Positions 27,101-40,498 of a stretch of 64,000 nt of DNA are shown here, piece by piece. Position 1 is the stretch's first letter. The number at the start of each line of letters is the position of its first letter. Below the pieces are notes generated by a model, which did not search any database, was not told where the DNA came from, and was given only the letters and a program-made list of their open reading frames with translations. Source of the DNA: Octopus vulgaris (lineage: Eukaryota); contig OX597817.1 in the NCBI GenBank assembly GCA_951406725.2, forward strand, positions 39,866,001 to 39,930,000. The letters are read 5' to 3'. The translations under genes were made by a program, and so were the position numbers.

Positions 27101-28393
27101 ATATATTGATAAAAATGGTAAGACAACAAAAGAATGAAAGAGACCTCGATATTGTGTAAATAGAGGAATTTATCTGTAAATGTAATATGTGACAATTATT
27201 CGGTAGCCATGATAAAACTCTGTCATCTCTTCAGTTATCCGGCTGTTGGAAAAATTTTTTTCCGATGGCTGGACAACTGAAGTTTTATCATGGCCACCGA
27301 ATAATTGTCACATATTACATTTACAGATTAATTGGAAATGCTTATTTGCATTTGTACCCTTTTCAAGCTCTTTTGAATTAAACACCTTTACCATCTCCCC
27401 TACCACAAAATTTACCTTCGTCTCAAATTTCCTTAAAATCGGATAAAAAATATAAAAATTACAGCCAAAAATAAAATCCCTATGGGTATTTGCATGCAAA
27501 GTGCCTATTGATTTTATAAAACCACTGCTCAGGCACAATTATCGATTTTTTGTCACTGCCACATACTGATATCAACTTACTGCCATATCAACTCACTGTC
27601 ATGAGCCTTGCTCACTCATCGATTTTCATCAAAATCAGACAAAAAATTGCAAAAGCTGCAGGAAAAATAACATTGTTGTGGGAATTTCCATTCAAACGTC
27701 CAATTCAGCTCACAAAAATCAATGCCAACTGAGCATTATCAAGTTTTTGAAAAATTCCATCCTTATTTCAACATCAGGGCATGTGATCTACCTATGTGCC
27801 AAAAAGTCATTAAAATGGGTTGGATGGTGTGGGAGGAGTTAGATTAACCCCAAACACACACACAGACAGATACCATTACACATTTATCTATATAGATGTT
27901 TGTGTATATATATATATGCACTTCCACATATGCAAACTCACATATAAATATGCATGTAGACATGCAAAACATATATACATACATACATATATATGGAAGT
28001 GCATGCATGGTTATGTGGTAAGAAGCTTGCATCTCAACCACATGGTTCTGGGTTCAGTCCCACTGCTGGCACCTTGGGCACGTGTCTTCTACTATAGCTT
28101 CAGGCCGACAAAAGCCTTGTGAGTGGATTTGGTAGACGGAAACTGAAAGAAGCTGGTCATATATATATATGTGTGTGTGTATCTGTGTCTATCTGTCTTT
28201 GTCACCCCACCACCACCACCATTGTTTGGCAACCAGCGTTTGTGTGTTTATGTCCCTCTAACTTAGCGGTTTGGCCAAACAGACCAATAGAATAAGTACT
28301 AGGCTTTCAAAGGATAAGTCCTGGGGTTGATTTGTTTGACTAAAGGTGTAGCTCCAGCATGGCTGCAGTCAAATGACTGAAGCAAGTAGGAGA

Positions 28394-28428
<35 letters not shown>

Positions 28429-29660
28429 TCCATCCACCCACAAAAACACACACACACACACACACTACACTCAAATATGTAATGAAACTTGTTGAAGACG
28501 CTGTATAGTGAAACTGAACTCAAAGCCACTGCACCTTAGGCATATGTGTTCTACAATAGTGCCAGACCAACCAAAGTCTTGTGAGTGAGTTTGGTGGATA
28601 AGAATGCATGCATGCACGCACACACACTCATACACACACAAATACAAACGCACACTCACACACATGTATATATATATACACACACATATAATAATTTATA
28701 GATAGCTACACACACATGCACACAAACACACACACTCATGCACATAAGTAAAAACTTGTGCCCATTGCCCATATATACATTGTATTGTGTGTATGTCTAC
28801 ACTCTCATATCTAAGGACATGAATATGCACACACTTACATACATTCACACCACACTCTCACACACAGGTAACTTTTTCACATACACATATCCAAGTTTGT
28901 TTATACAATGCTTACAAAGCGTTGCATGAATCTAAAAGCATATATATATACATTCACATATATGTACTCGTATATACACACACCATGTATGCATATATGC
29001 ATATAAATTCATGTACAAATGTACAAACACACTCCAGCATCTGTATAGCCTTTTATTCTAACATGTCAGTAGATGGGAACTATGATTGTGCACATGAGCA
29101 TATGCAAATGCATAGACGTTCTGATTGTATCTTTTAGTGTTGTGTAGAAGCATATACACATCTATTTTTCCTTGGTGTTATTCTTCTTTACTGATACTGA
29201 CATAGGTGGAAGAATTGTAAGTACAAAGAGAGCTAGCTGCATCCAGTTTCTGTGTTGTAATGAATGGAGCTGAATGGCGTTAAAGTGAGATGTTACAATC
29301 CAAGTGACAGTTCCCTGGAAGGGGTTTGGTATTAAAGTGAGAGAATTATCTGCCTGTAAATGTGTCATTTGCAGCTATAGTTATGCTAAATGTAGATTAG
29401 TAAATTAGTAAATATAACTCATAGTCATAGTTATAGTTATGTTTACTAATGTTATTCTCTTTTACTTGTTTCAGTCATTTGACTGTGGCCATGCTGGAGC
29501 ACCGCCTTTAGTCGAGCAAATCGACCCCAGGACTTATTCTTAGTAAGCCTAGTACTTATTCTATCGGTCTCTTTTGCCGAACCGCTAAGTTACAGGGACG
29601 TAAACACACCAGCATCAGTTGTCAAGCGATGCTGGGGGGAAAAACACAGACACACACACG

Positions 29661-29703
<43 letters not shown>

Positions 29704-31796
29704 GCGGAGGTGGATGCACAGAGAGTATCACCACTAGAATACGAATAGCCTGGGCAAAGTTCAGAAAGCTCCTACCCCTACTGGCAACAAAAGGCCTCTC
29801 CCTCAGAGCAAAAGGTAGATTATATGATGCATGTGTGCGAACTGCCATGCTTCACGGTAATGAAACATGGGCTGTGACTGCAGAAGACATGCGTAGACTT
29901 GAAAGAAATGAAGCTAGCATGATCCGCTGGATGTGTAGTGTCAGTGTGCACGCAAAACAGAGTGTAAGTATCCTGAGAGAAATGCTGGATATAAGAAGCA
30001 TCAGATGTGGTGTGCAAGAGCGACGCTTGCGATGGTATGGTCATGTGCTGCGGATGGATGAAGAGAGATGTGTGAAGAAGTGCCACTCCCAAACAGTTGA
30101 AGGTATCAGGGGGAGAGGTAGACCCAGGAAGACATGGGATGAGGTGGTCAAGCATGACCTCAGAGCATTGGGCCTCACTGAGGCAATGGCGAAGGACCGA
30201 GATCTCTGGAGATATGCTGTGACTACAAAGACCCGGGCTGCTTTCTGCAGCAATTCCACATACCCCCTACCCATTCTAAGTACCCCCCTACCCATTCTAA
30301 GTACCCCCCTACCCATTCTAAGTACCCCGGATCCCCAAAGTACCCCGGATCCCCAAAGTACCCTGGATCCCCAAAATACCCCGATCCCCAAAGTACCCCG
30401 GACCTCGTTGCCCCCGTGCCGCTGACACGTTAAAATGCTCGAATCCGATCGTGACGATGCCGGACCCTCCGGCCCCTGTGCAGGTGGCACGTAAAAAGCA
30501 CCCAATCCACTCACGGAGTGGTTGGCGTTAGGAAGGGCATCCAGCCGTAGAAACTCTGCCAGATTCAGACTGGAGCCTGGAGCGGCCCCTGGCTTCCCAG
30601 ACCCGGTCAAACCGTCCAACCCGTGCTAGCGCGGAAAGCGGACGTTAAACGATGATGATGATGATGATGATACACACATGTATATGACAGGCTACTTTCA
30701 GTTTCCGTCTACCAAATCCACTCACAAGGCTTTGGTCGGCCTGAGGCTATAGTAGAAGACACTTGCCCAAGGTACCACGCAGTGGGACTGAACCCAGAAC
30801 CATGTGGTTCGTAAGCAAGCTACTTACCACACAGCCACTCCTACGCCTGTATTATTATTATTGAAGATTTTTGAAATAGTGTGAGGATAGTTGGAGTTAT
30901 AAACACATTGGAAGGTCTTGTTTTCTGGAAGAGCTGTATTTGCAGGTGTTTACAGTTTACAGTTACATCTAAAAATTAACAGCATTCATATTGGTGGATC
31001 CCTTTCTATCATCTCTGTAAAATCTTGAGTCATTTTGGACTGAGTCTCAGATAACTAATCCTGTTATTTCAATCCTTGAAAAGCCCACATGGGAATATCA
31101 AATAATTTCTTCCACTAAATCTGACCATAGATGTCTCAAAGAAGTATACTTTCAAGCATACATGATAGTGTCAATGTCCGTGTTGCTAATTTTGGTAAAT
31201 CCATTACCAAAAACTAATGCTTTTTGTTATAAATATTTGATTATCAACTGAGAGAATCCCACAATGTCAATCTTTAAATTTACAATTATGCGTATTGTGT
31301 GTGCTGTTGAATGAATTGATAATCGATGTGCTATTTTTCTAGAGTGGAAAGGTTCATGGCTTGCATAATACTGGTGCTGATTAAATCTAACGTATTTCTG
31401 CTGATGTTGCCTAACTCATTTTTAGTAAGGTCAATAAGTTGGCATTTTGGTTAAATTAAAAAGTTAATGTAATGGTCCTTTACTGTAATGTGCAGCTAAC
31501 TTGTTGCCACACACTGTAGTCAATCATCTCACTTGTGGATGTCAGGGCTAAATCTTTTATTATTTTCTTAATTAAGTTGAATGTGTTTTGGTTGGTTATA
31601 TATATTGCATAAGATTATTTTTGTTTCATTAATTTTTTTTTTTTTTGAGTTACAAACGTATTAAAGGTCTTTATACAAAATATTTTGGAAGTTAGAACAT
31701 TTTTTAAACTTTACATATGATAATTAAATCCATGTATGTATACTTGTGGTTTTGCACATATGTGTACACACACACATATATAGATATATATGTATA

Positions 31797-31836
<40 letters not shown>

Positions 31837-31975
31837 TGATTATGCGAGAGACAGAAGATGGAAGATATGAGATACGTATCTTCCGTCTTTATCATTAATC
31901 AAATACCCAGTGAACACTGTGAAAGTGAACGTGCTTTACTGGTAAGCTACCAGGTGTATACCAAGCAATTTATTA

Positions 31976-32024
<49 letters not shown>

Positions 32025-32188
32025 TGTGTGTATATATATATATGTATATATATGTGTGTTTATATATATATATATGTGTATATATATATATATGTGTATA
32101 TATATGTGTGTGTGTATATATGTGTATATATATATATATACATACACACACACATATATATACATATATACATATACATATGCATATG

Positions 32189-32223
<35 letters not shown>

Positions 32224-32566
32224 ATGTATTTATATAGATATATAGATAGATAGATAGATAGATAGAAGTATATATACATGTGTATACACACATGTATATG
32301 GCTGTGTGTACATATGCATAAATGTAAGCAAACATTCTATGTACACTGATGTACTATCATAATCTATTATTCCAGTTATTTTTCAAATTTATGTGCTGTA
32401 ATTTTGTGATCTTAATGGCTATTTTCTAGCATATTCCATTTTGTCTATACAAGAAACCAATGTGTTTTGATTTTTCTGTTTCATATATGCTTTGACGGGA
32501 AACTCAAGACCCTTGTGTAATCCCTGTCATTCTCAGTTAATAAAAAAATTTATATTATATATATAA

Positions 32567-32610
<44 letters not shown>

Positions 32611-32797
32611 ACACAAACACACACACATATACATACCTATATATATATGCATATATGAATGATATATATATATGAATAAGAAAAAGAAGAAACGTGAAGA
32701 AATTGACATGCAGATATCAGTTTATTCAAGGGTACCCAAATCCATATATATACATATCTGTATATATATATATATATATACATATATATATACACAC

Positions 32798-32830
<33 letters not shown>

Positions 32831-32837
32831 CATGTAC

Positions 32838-32868
<31 letters not shown>

Positions 32869-32876
32869 CATATATA

Positions 32877-32920
<44 letters not shown>

Positions 32921-32967
32921 AATATATATATATACATACACACAGACATACATATAGATATGTAATC

Positions 32968-33013
<46 letters not shown>

Positions 33014-33065
33014 ACAATATAAACTTTTTTAACTGAGAATGACAGGGATTGCACAAGGGTCTTGA

Positions 33066-33123
<58 letters not shown>

Positions 33124-35766
33124 CTTAGAGTGTATATCAAATGTAATATGTATATTGTATAATGAATACATTATATATGCATACATACATATATCATCAT
33201 CATCCTTTAACATCCATTTCTCATGCTGGCATATCAATCATATATATATATCACATATGTATGTATGTATAATATATGTGTGTATGTAGCTATTATACAC
33301 ACATGCGTGCACACACACACATACACACACATTTGTAATACGCATATGTGTATGAATGTATGTTATAATGTACTTCTTTCAGGAATCGGTGAAAACCCTG
33401 GAACTGGTTGTTTATCATCACGAAGTCTACGACAAATCTGTCTCTGAGTATGAAGAATGGCTGAATAATATTATGCAAAAGCTGGAACCGCTGTCTGATT
33501 CTAAAATCACCAAAGAATTGGCCAAACACAATTTAGCAGTTATTGCTGTAAGAATACATTTTCTATTTTGTTTTCTTTTTTGTTTTTTGTGTTGATTCTT
33601 TTTTCTTTCTTTTTTTTTGTTTTTGGTGGGGTATCTTAGAAAAAATTAGTTTTGATTTGTTGAAAGATATTTATCATCATTGTTTTATTGTCATTGGCAT
33701 TGCCATTAATATGTTCCTTGTCTAGCTTAGACTCACTTTATTCTTGCTAATCTATGCACCCACCTCCATATCATGTATTGCCATCTATCTGAAGATGAAG
33801 TCTTTTGTCTTCTTCAACGATATCGTTTCTTGTACGTGTTCAGGTATATCATCATAATCATCATGAGTTAATGCAATCATCACCATCATCATCATTACCA
33901 TCATCATCATCATTATTTAATGTCTGTTTTCCATGCTGGTCTGGGGTGGACAGTTTGACAAGAATTGGCAAGCTGGAAGGCTGCATCAGGCTCTAGTCTT
34001 TCTTGGCATGGTATCTATAGCTGGACACCCTTCCTAATGCCAACCACTTTAGAGAATGCACCGGGTGCTTTTTATGTGGCACCACCAGCATGGGTGTGTC
34101 TCACATGGCATTGACATGGGTGCTTGTTAGGTGATGTGGGCAAAGTGCTTGTTATATGGTGCTGGCACAGGTGATTTTCACATGGTGCCAGGACAGGTTT
34201 ATTTTTAGGTAACACTGACACAACTGCTTTTTAAATGGCACCGGTACAGCTGCCTATATATAGCATTGGCATTGGTGCTCCTTATGTGACACCAACATGG
34301 GTGCTGCTGACATGGCACATTATTATTATTATTTTCATTATCATCTTCTTTCAATTCTATTTCCATTTCTTGCTGAGTGTCTTCCTGACACCTAGGACAG
34401 ATAGAGAAATGCACTGTATACATTAGTAAGCCATTAAAATAAACACTCCAGATTATTCATTTTCAAAGTCATATGATTGAGAAAAAGGGGAAGAATGACA
34501 GAGAGAAAAATAAAAAATAAAAAAAGAAACAAAGAAAATAAAGGAGTAAAAAGGGAAGAAAATTCACAGTGACACTGCTTTTCTCAATACGTGAGACATA
34601 CCAGTTAAGACAATCTTTTGCACTTCCTGCATGGATGGTAAATCAGGGATCATTGATAAGTAATTTTCACTTCCTTTTTTGATCATTCCAAGTGCTCCTA
34701 TCTCTGGTATTATAACCATCTTGACATGCCACATCTTTTCACTTTCGATTAGCAAATCTTTATATTTTCTGAGCTTACCAAATTCTTATGCTAAGATATT
34801 ATGGTCACAGGGTATGCTCATGTCAACGAATAAACAGATTTTATTGTTTTAGTCTTTCATAACAATATCTGGTTTATTTGCTTTGATGGTCCTGTCTGTA
34901 CATACTGGCAAGTCCCAAACAATCATTACAGAGTGGTGCTTTTACCATTTGTCAGCAATTTTGATTTTATAATGCTGACACATTAGTCAATGTAGATATT
35001 AGCCAACTCTGTCATGCCTTGATTTGTACTCTACAGGTGCTAAGGTGGCAAGCTGGCAAAAACGTTATCATGCCAGGTGAAATGCTTAGCAGTATTTCAT
35101 CTGTCAATATGTTCTGAGTTCAAATTCCGCCGAGGTCAACTTTGCCTGTCATCCTTAGATCACACAAATTCTCTTAGATCACACTCTTCCATCTTAATAA
35201 AAATGACACATTTACCATTGTAGTAGTAAATATACAAACTGATTGGATGGGCAAAGCTGTAACACTTTAGTATTGACTAATTCAGTACTGACTTGTGCTA
35301 AACCCCAATAGCATGTGACTTGTATATATGTATGTGTGTGTATATACCTAGGTGCAGGAGTAGCTATAGGTACAGGAGTGGCTGTATGATAAGAAGCTTG
35401 CTTCCCAACCACATAATTCAAGGTTCAGTCCCACAATGCGGCACAGTGGGCAAGTATCTTCTACTATAGCCTTGGGCCAACCAAAGCCTTGTGAGTATAT
35501 ATGGTAGATGGAAACTGAAAAAAGCCTGTCGTGTATATATATACATATGTGTGTGTATGTATTTTTGTTTGTCTCCCCACCATTACGTGACAACCAATGT
35601 TGGTGTGTTTGTGTCCTTGTAACTTAGCAGCTTGGCAAAAGAGACCAATAGAATAAGTACTAAGCTTATAAAGAATAAGTCCTGGGGTTGATTTCTTCGA
35701 CTAAAGGCAGTGCTCCAGCATAGCTGCAGTCAAATGGCTGAAACAAGTAAAAGAGTTTAAAAATGG

Positions 35767-35810
<44 letters not shown>

Positions 35811-36812
35811 GATATATATACATGGTGGTTGTCTACTCCTTATGCAGAGTTTGACCACCTCCTGTACCTACACCTTAGAACCATCATGACATCTGATGTG
35901 GCTTTTTAAATCAGACAATGTTTTGAAATAACACCCACATAGATAGTATATCTGATTTGGACCACCAAGTGCTGCAGTTAAGTTCTGATCTTTGTGGATC
36001 TTAAAATGTCTTTTGAGGCCTCTCTTAGATTTGCAGACCTTCTGGCATACATTGCATTGAAAGGTGTGCACAGACATATAGGCAGAATAGTTGGTGGAGG
36101 GTCGTTTTCCATGGGTTTGCAAATGAGATATGAGCCCAGCAAAAGAAAGACATAGTCTGTCATAAACTGTGCACACAAAAAGGTCATTGTGATTCACCTT
36201 CTCGATTGTAACATTCTTCTTTAAATCTCTTTTGAGTCTTGCATGCGTTATTCTGGCCTCTTCAAATGCTTTCACTCCACTCCATACTTTTGTTCGCCAT
36301 CCAGCTCGATCCAAATCAGGAGTTTGTATGTCCTGGATCCATTCCAAGTGACTTCATGGTAGTCCTTATGCTGTTCTTAAACCTTTTTTTAGGTTTACCC
36401 TGATAGCATTTCTCCTCTGCAAGCTCACCATAAAACAGCTGTTTGGGTGTACATTCATCTGCCATTTGAACAATATGGCCACACCATTTCATTTGATTTT
36501 TGAAAATCATAGCTTTAATTGAGGTGATGCCTGCTGATGCAAGGACATCTGTGTTTGGAGTAACAGAACTCTATTTAATGTTTAAAATGCGATGAAGGCA
36601 TTTTTGGTAGAATTGTTCTAACAATTTGAAATGTCTTTCATAACATGTCCATGTTCCAGAAAAATACAACAGGGATGGTAAGACAAATGATTTACATATA
36701 TATATATATAATAAATGCAGGAAAATGCACACAATTCATATAGTTTTAATATATTTTAAAGGATAGAATATTATGCTAGTTGACTGGTTTTGTATTTCAC
36801 TGATCATGACAT

Positions 36813-36873
<61 letters not shown>

Positions 36874-39800
36874 GTGTGTGTGTGTCAAGGATATCTGTTG
36901 TTATTGTTGTTGATGTTGTGCTTCTTTTCTGTTCTTCTTCTTACCTTCTCCACCTCTTCTTCCTCCTCTCCTTCTTCTTCTCAATGAGATGTGCATTTTC
37001 TCTATTATATTTCTGCAGTACTATCTAACCCTGTGTCAAATCACCTACATGTCAGAAATCTTCCTATTCATGCCAGGCTGTTTGCTTCAGCTTCTTATAT
37101 TTGAGTTGATGCTTCTTCACCTACCGATGACTGGCCAATTTCCATAACTTCAGATCCATTTGGCATTCTAAATTTCCATTATTATCCCAAATTGTGGTGA
37201 GCTCCTTGGAATAGTATTAAGTTCAAAATAGGATAATGAAAAGCTGTCTTCATTATCCAATTTGAATTCCTCAATGGAACCTTTTCATTTTATTGAAATT
37301 ACTTATACTTTTGAGTAAAGTATGGATATTGGAGAAATTCCTATTTCCTGTTCTCTAAAAATTGTAAGTTTAACATCATGTTAGAACTTAATATTTTCTC
37401 AAATATCTCTCTTTTTCTTTCTTCCTCTCTCTCTCTCTCTCTCTCTGCCCTCCTCTCTCCCTCTTTCTTTCTCTCATTATGGTTAACCTTCTCATCCATT
37501 TATCTTCTGCTTTCACTATCTCATCTGGCTAATGCATGTTAATGCCTATTTTCCAGGCATAAAGTACTCTATGCCATCATTGCACTGCTTGAATTCCAAT
37601 ATAACTATTGTTTTGGATATCTTTTGTTTCTTCATTTATCTATTATCATCCATCGTCCTTGCTGGCATGAGTTTGACAGTTTGACAGGATCAAATGGACC
37701 AGAGAGCCACATAAAGAACCACATGCTCCAATCTCTGCTCTGGCAGAACAGAATGCCCTTCCTAATGACAACCACTTTACATAATGTACTAATTGCTGTT
37801 TTTGTAGCACCAGCACTAGTGAGGTCACCATGTAGCTTGCAAGACTAGGTGGGACTTGGTCCTTTGACTGAGCAAGACTACATTATAGAGTGAGGAAGAT
37901 TTATACTAGTTGATAAGAGGTTAATTCAGGAAAGAAGGGGCCAGACCATGTATCTTGTAGACAAGATATGTGGCTGTTCACATTATTAAAATTAAAATAC
38001 CTTCATAATACTTTATTAAAATATTTATCTGAAATGTGTTATAGAATTGTGATAGAAGTAGCACAGTCTTATTACATGTCACCTTAATAAATATTATTCA
38101 CAATTGATTCATAACTGAGTTATAAATGTTGTCTACTAGGACTAAGAATTTCACTTGATCCAGTAAATTCTTCCAAACACTTCAAGACTGTGGATTTCGT
38201 TTTTTGGCTTTGTTTTCATTTCTTTCTGTGTTTTTCTTTCATCAATCTTGGCAGCCTGGAAGGGCACAGAATAGCCATACGTAAGTTTTTCCTTCAAATT
38301 TTGAAACAAGACAAGTAATTTTAGAAGGAGGGTGTAACTTAATTCTCTTGATCCCAATGCTTAGCTGGTACTTAATTTATTAAACCTGAAAGGATGAAAA
38401 GCAAAACCGACCTTGGCAGAATTTGAACTCAGAACACAAGGAACTAAAAGAAAAACCATTAACCATTTCGTTTGATACACTAACAATTCTGCTAGCTCAC
38501 TACCTTTCTCTAAAACAAAATTCCTTGTTTCCCTCTTTTCTCTGGTTTGGTTTTTTATTTTTATTGGAATCATCTTACTTTCTGACAGCTTCTTAGAAAG
38601 GCTTTATTGCCACAGCTTAGCATTCATCCAGTGCCATAACTCTAAGCTTTGTATTTAATGAAGAACCAACATCCTTATTGTATTAAGCTTTTTCTGTTAT
38701 TTTTTGTTGTCTTTAAAGAGTCATTAGTTTTGAAATAAATCAATATTTATCAACACCTCTATCATCTCTGGTTGATACCATCATCATCATCATCATCATC
38801 ATCATCACCATCATCATCATCACCAATATTTATCATCATCTGCAGCATTGTCATTATCACCATCACCATCACAACTTCCCCACCCCAACATCATCATTGA
38901 TATTATTCACAAGTGTTATTCAACATGAGTTGTGTATTGGTTATTTACAGGATCTGGAAGTTTGTAAAGACACTGGTAATACCAAATTACAGAAAATGTT
39001 AGATTCTGCTGACAAGACATTGCAAAACACAAATTCTGCTGGCAGCAAAACCATTCGACAGAAATGTGAAAATTGCAAAAGCAATTTTGATGTATTCTTG
39101 GTCAAACTTACTCAGGCCAAACAGATACAAGAAAATTGTATTGCAAATTGGGAGCAATTTGAAGACGCCAATGAACAAGTGACCGGTGTGCTCCAAGACA
39201 TTCAAAACCGATTACAGCTTGCTGCTGGACAGAAATCTGATCTTGCAGAAAAATGTTCCTGTTTGGAAAGACATAAAGTAAATTTGCATTTATTCTATTT
39301 ATTTTATTCAGATATTTATATATTTATATTTTTTTAATAATAAATTATTATTAATATCAGGAAATCAATATTAGAAAATTCTTCAGAAAGATATATACAT
39401 GTGTAAAATAATTGTTGTATTAAAAATATAAATGTATTAAAAATATAAAAATATAAAAATATATGTATAAAAATATATGTAAATATGTATAAGTATAAAT
39501 ATATAATGTATATGACAGTTTTAAAGTTTTGAATGAAGTATTTAAAGCATCTTACGATCGTTTCACAGAAGTGCTGTCCCCATAATGAAATCCTATATTG
39601 ATAAACATTTATATCTCTGCTCTTCAGAGATATAAAATTTGAATTCTGTATAACATATCGAATGATAGTTTTTTTTTTAAATATGAAGTAATACTATAAA
39701 ATGGTGTTTGTTTGAATTATAAATTAAAAATTATATATTTATATATTTCTTGTATATTTTGCTCTCTGTGTTTATATGCACAGTACATATTCAGTACTGT

Positions 39801-40440
39801 GGAAAGTTGATGTTAGTAGCTGCAAAACAGAGAACTAATAAGCACTTCATATCTTATCATCAGAAAATGTGTTGTGTCCATAGCTGAGATTCTGAATGTG
39901 AAAATATACAAAAGCCTGGCTTTGTGGTTAACAAGTTTATTTTGCCACCACATGATCCTGAGTTCAATTCTATCGTGCAGCAAGTTAAACAAATGGCTTT
40001 TACCATAGGTTTAATAATTACCACCAAATACCTTCAAAGTGGAATTTGACTGAAACAGTGTAGAAGCCTTTTGTGCATATATACATACATACATGTGTGT
40101 GTGTGCGTTTAAGTGAAGGTGTATGGCTCAGGTTAAAGTGTTGGGCTCACAATCACAAGGTTGTGAGTTCAAATCCTGGACCAGGTGCTGTGTTGTATTC
40201 TTGAGCAAGACACTTTATTTCACATTGCTCCAATTCACTCGACTGTAGAAATGAGTTGCGACAACACTGATGCTAAGTTGTATCAGGCTTATCCTTTCCC
40301 CTGGACAACTTTGGTGGCATGGAAAGGGAAGACTGGTATGCATGTATTGCAAACCATTTGCTTTTTAGTTCAGTCCTGCTACAACCCTTGCTCAAGTAAA
40401 GTCTCAAATGGATTTCGTTGGTGAAAACTGAAAGAAGTCT

Positions 40441-40498
<58 letters not shown>

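Noticed and set aside
13198-33289. Dozens of long YI/VC/HT-rich ORFs (e.g. 17330..18268, 23932..24474, 25203..26201, 32722..33237)
   Set aside because: They are translations of (TA)n/(TG)n/(CA)n microsatellites, which lack stop codons; they are not genes.
20243-33382. Possible missed host exons in the 13-kb intron and other long introns
   Set aside because: The triplet periodicity and repeat register continue unbroken across it, and I found no further spectrin-like AG/GT-bounded frame. Small or alternative exons cannot be excluded without RNA data.
37000-37400. Possible GIY-YIG/PLE remnant on the minus strand
   Set aside because: Too degenerate to support by eye; needs tBLASTn.
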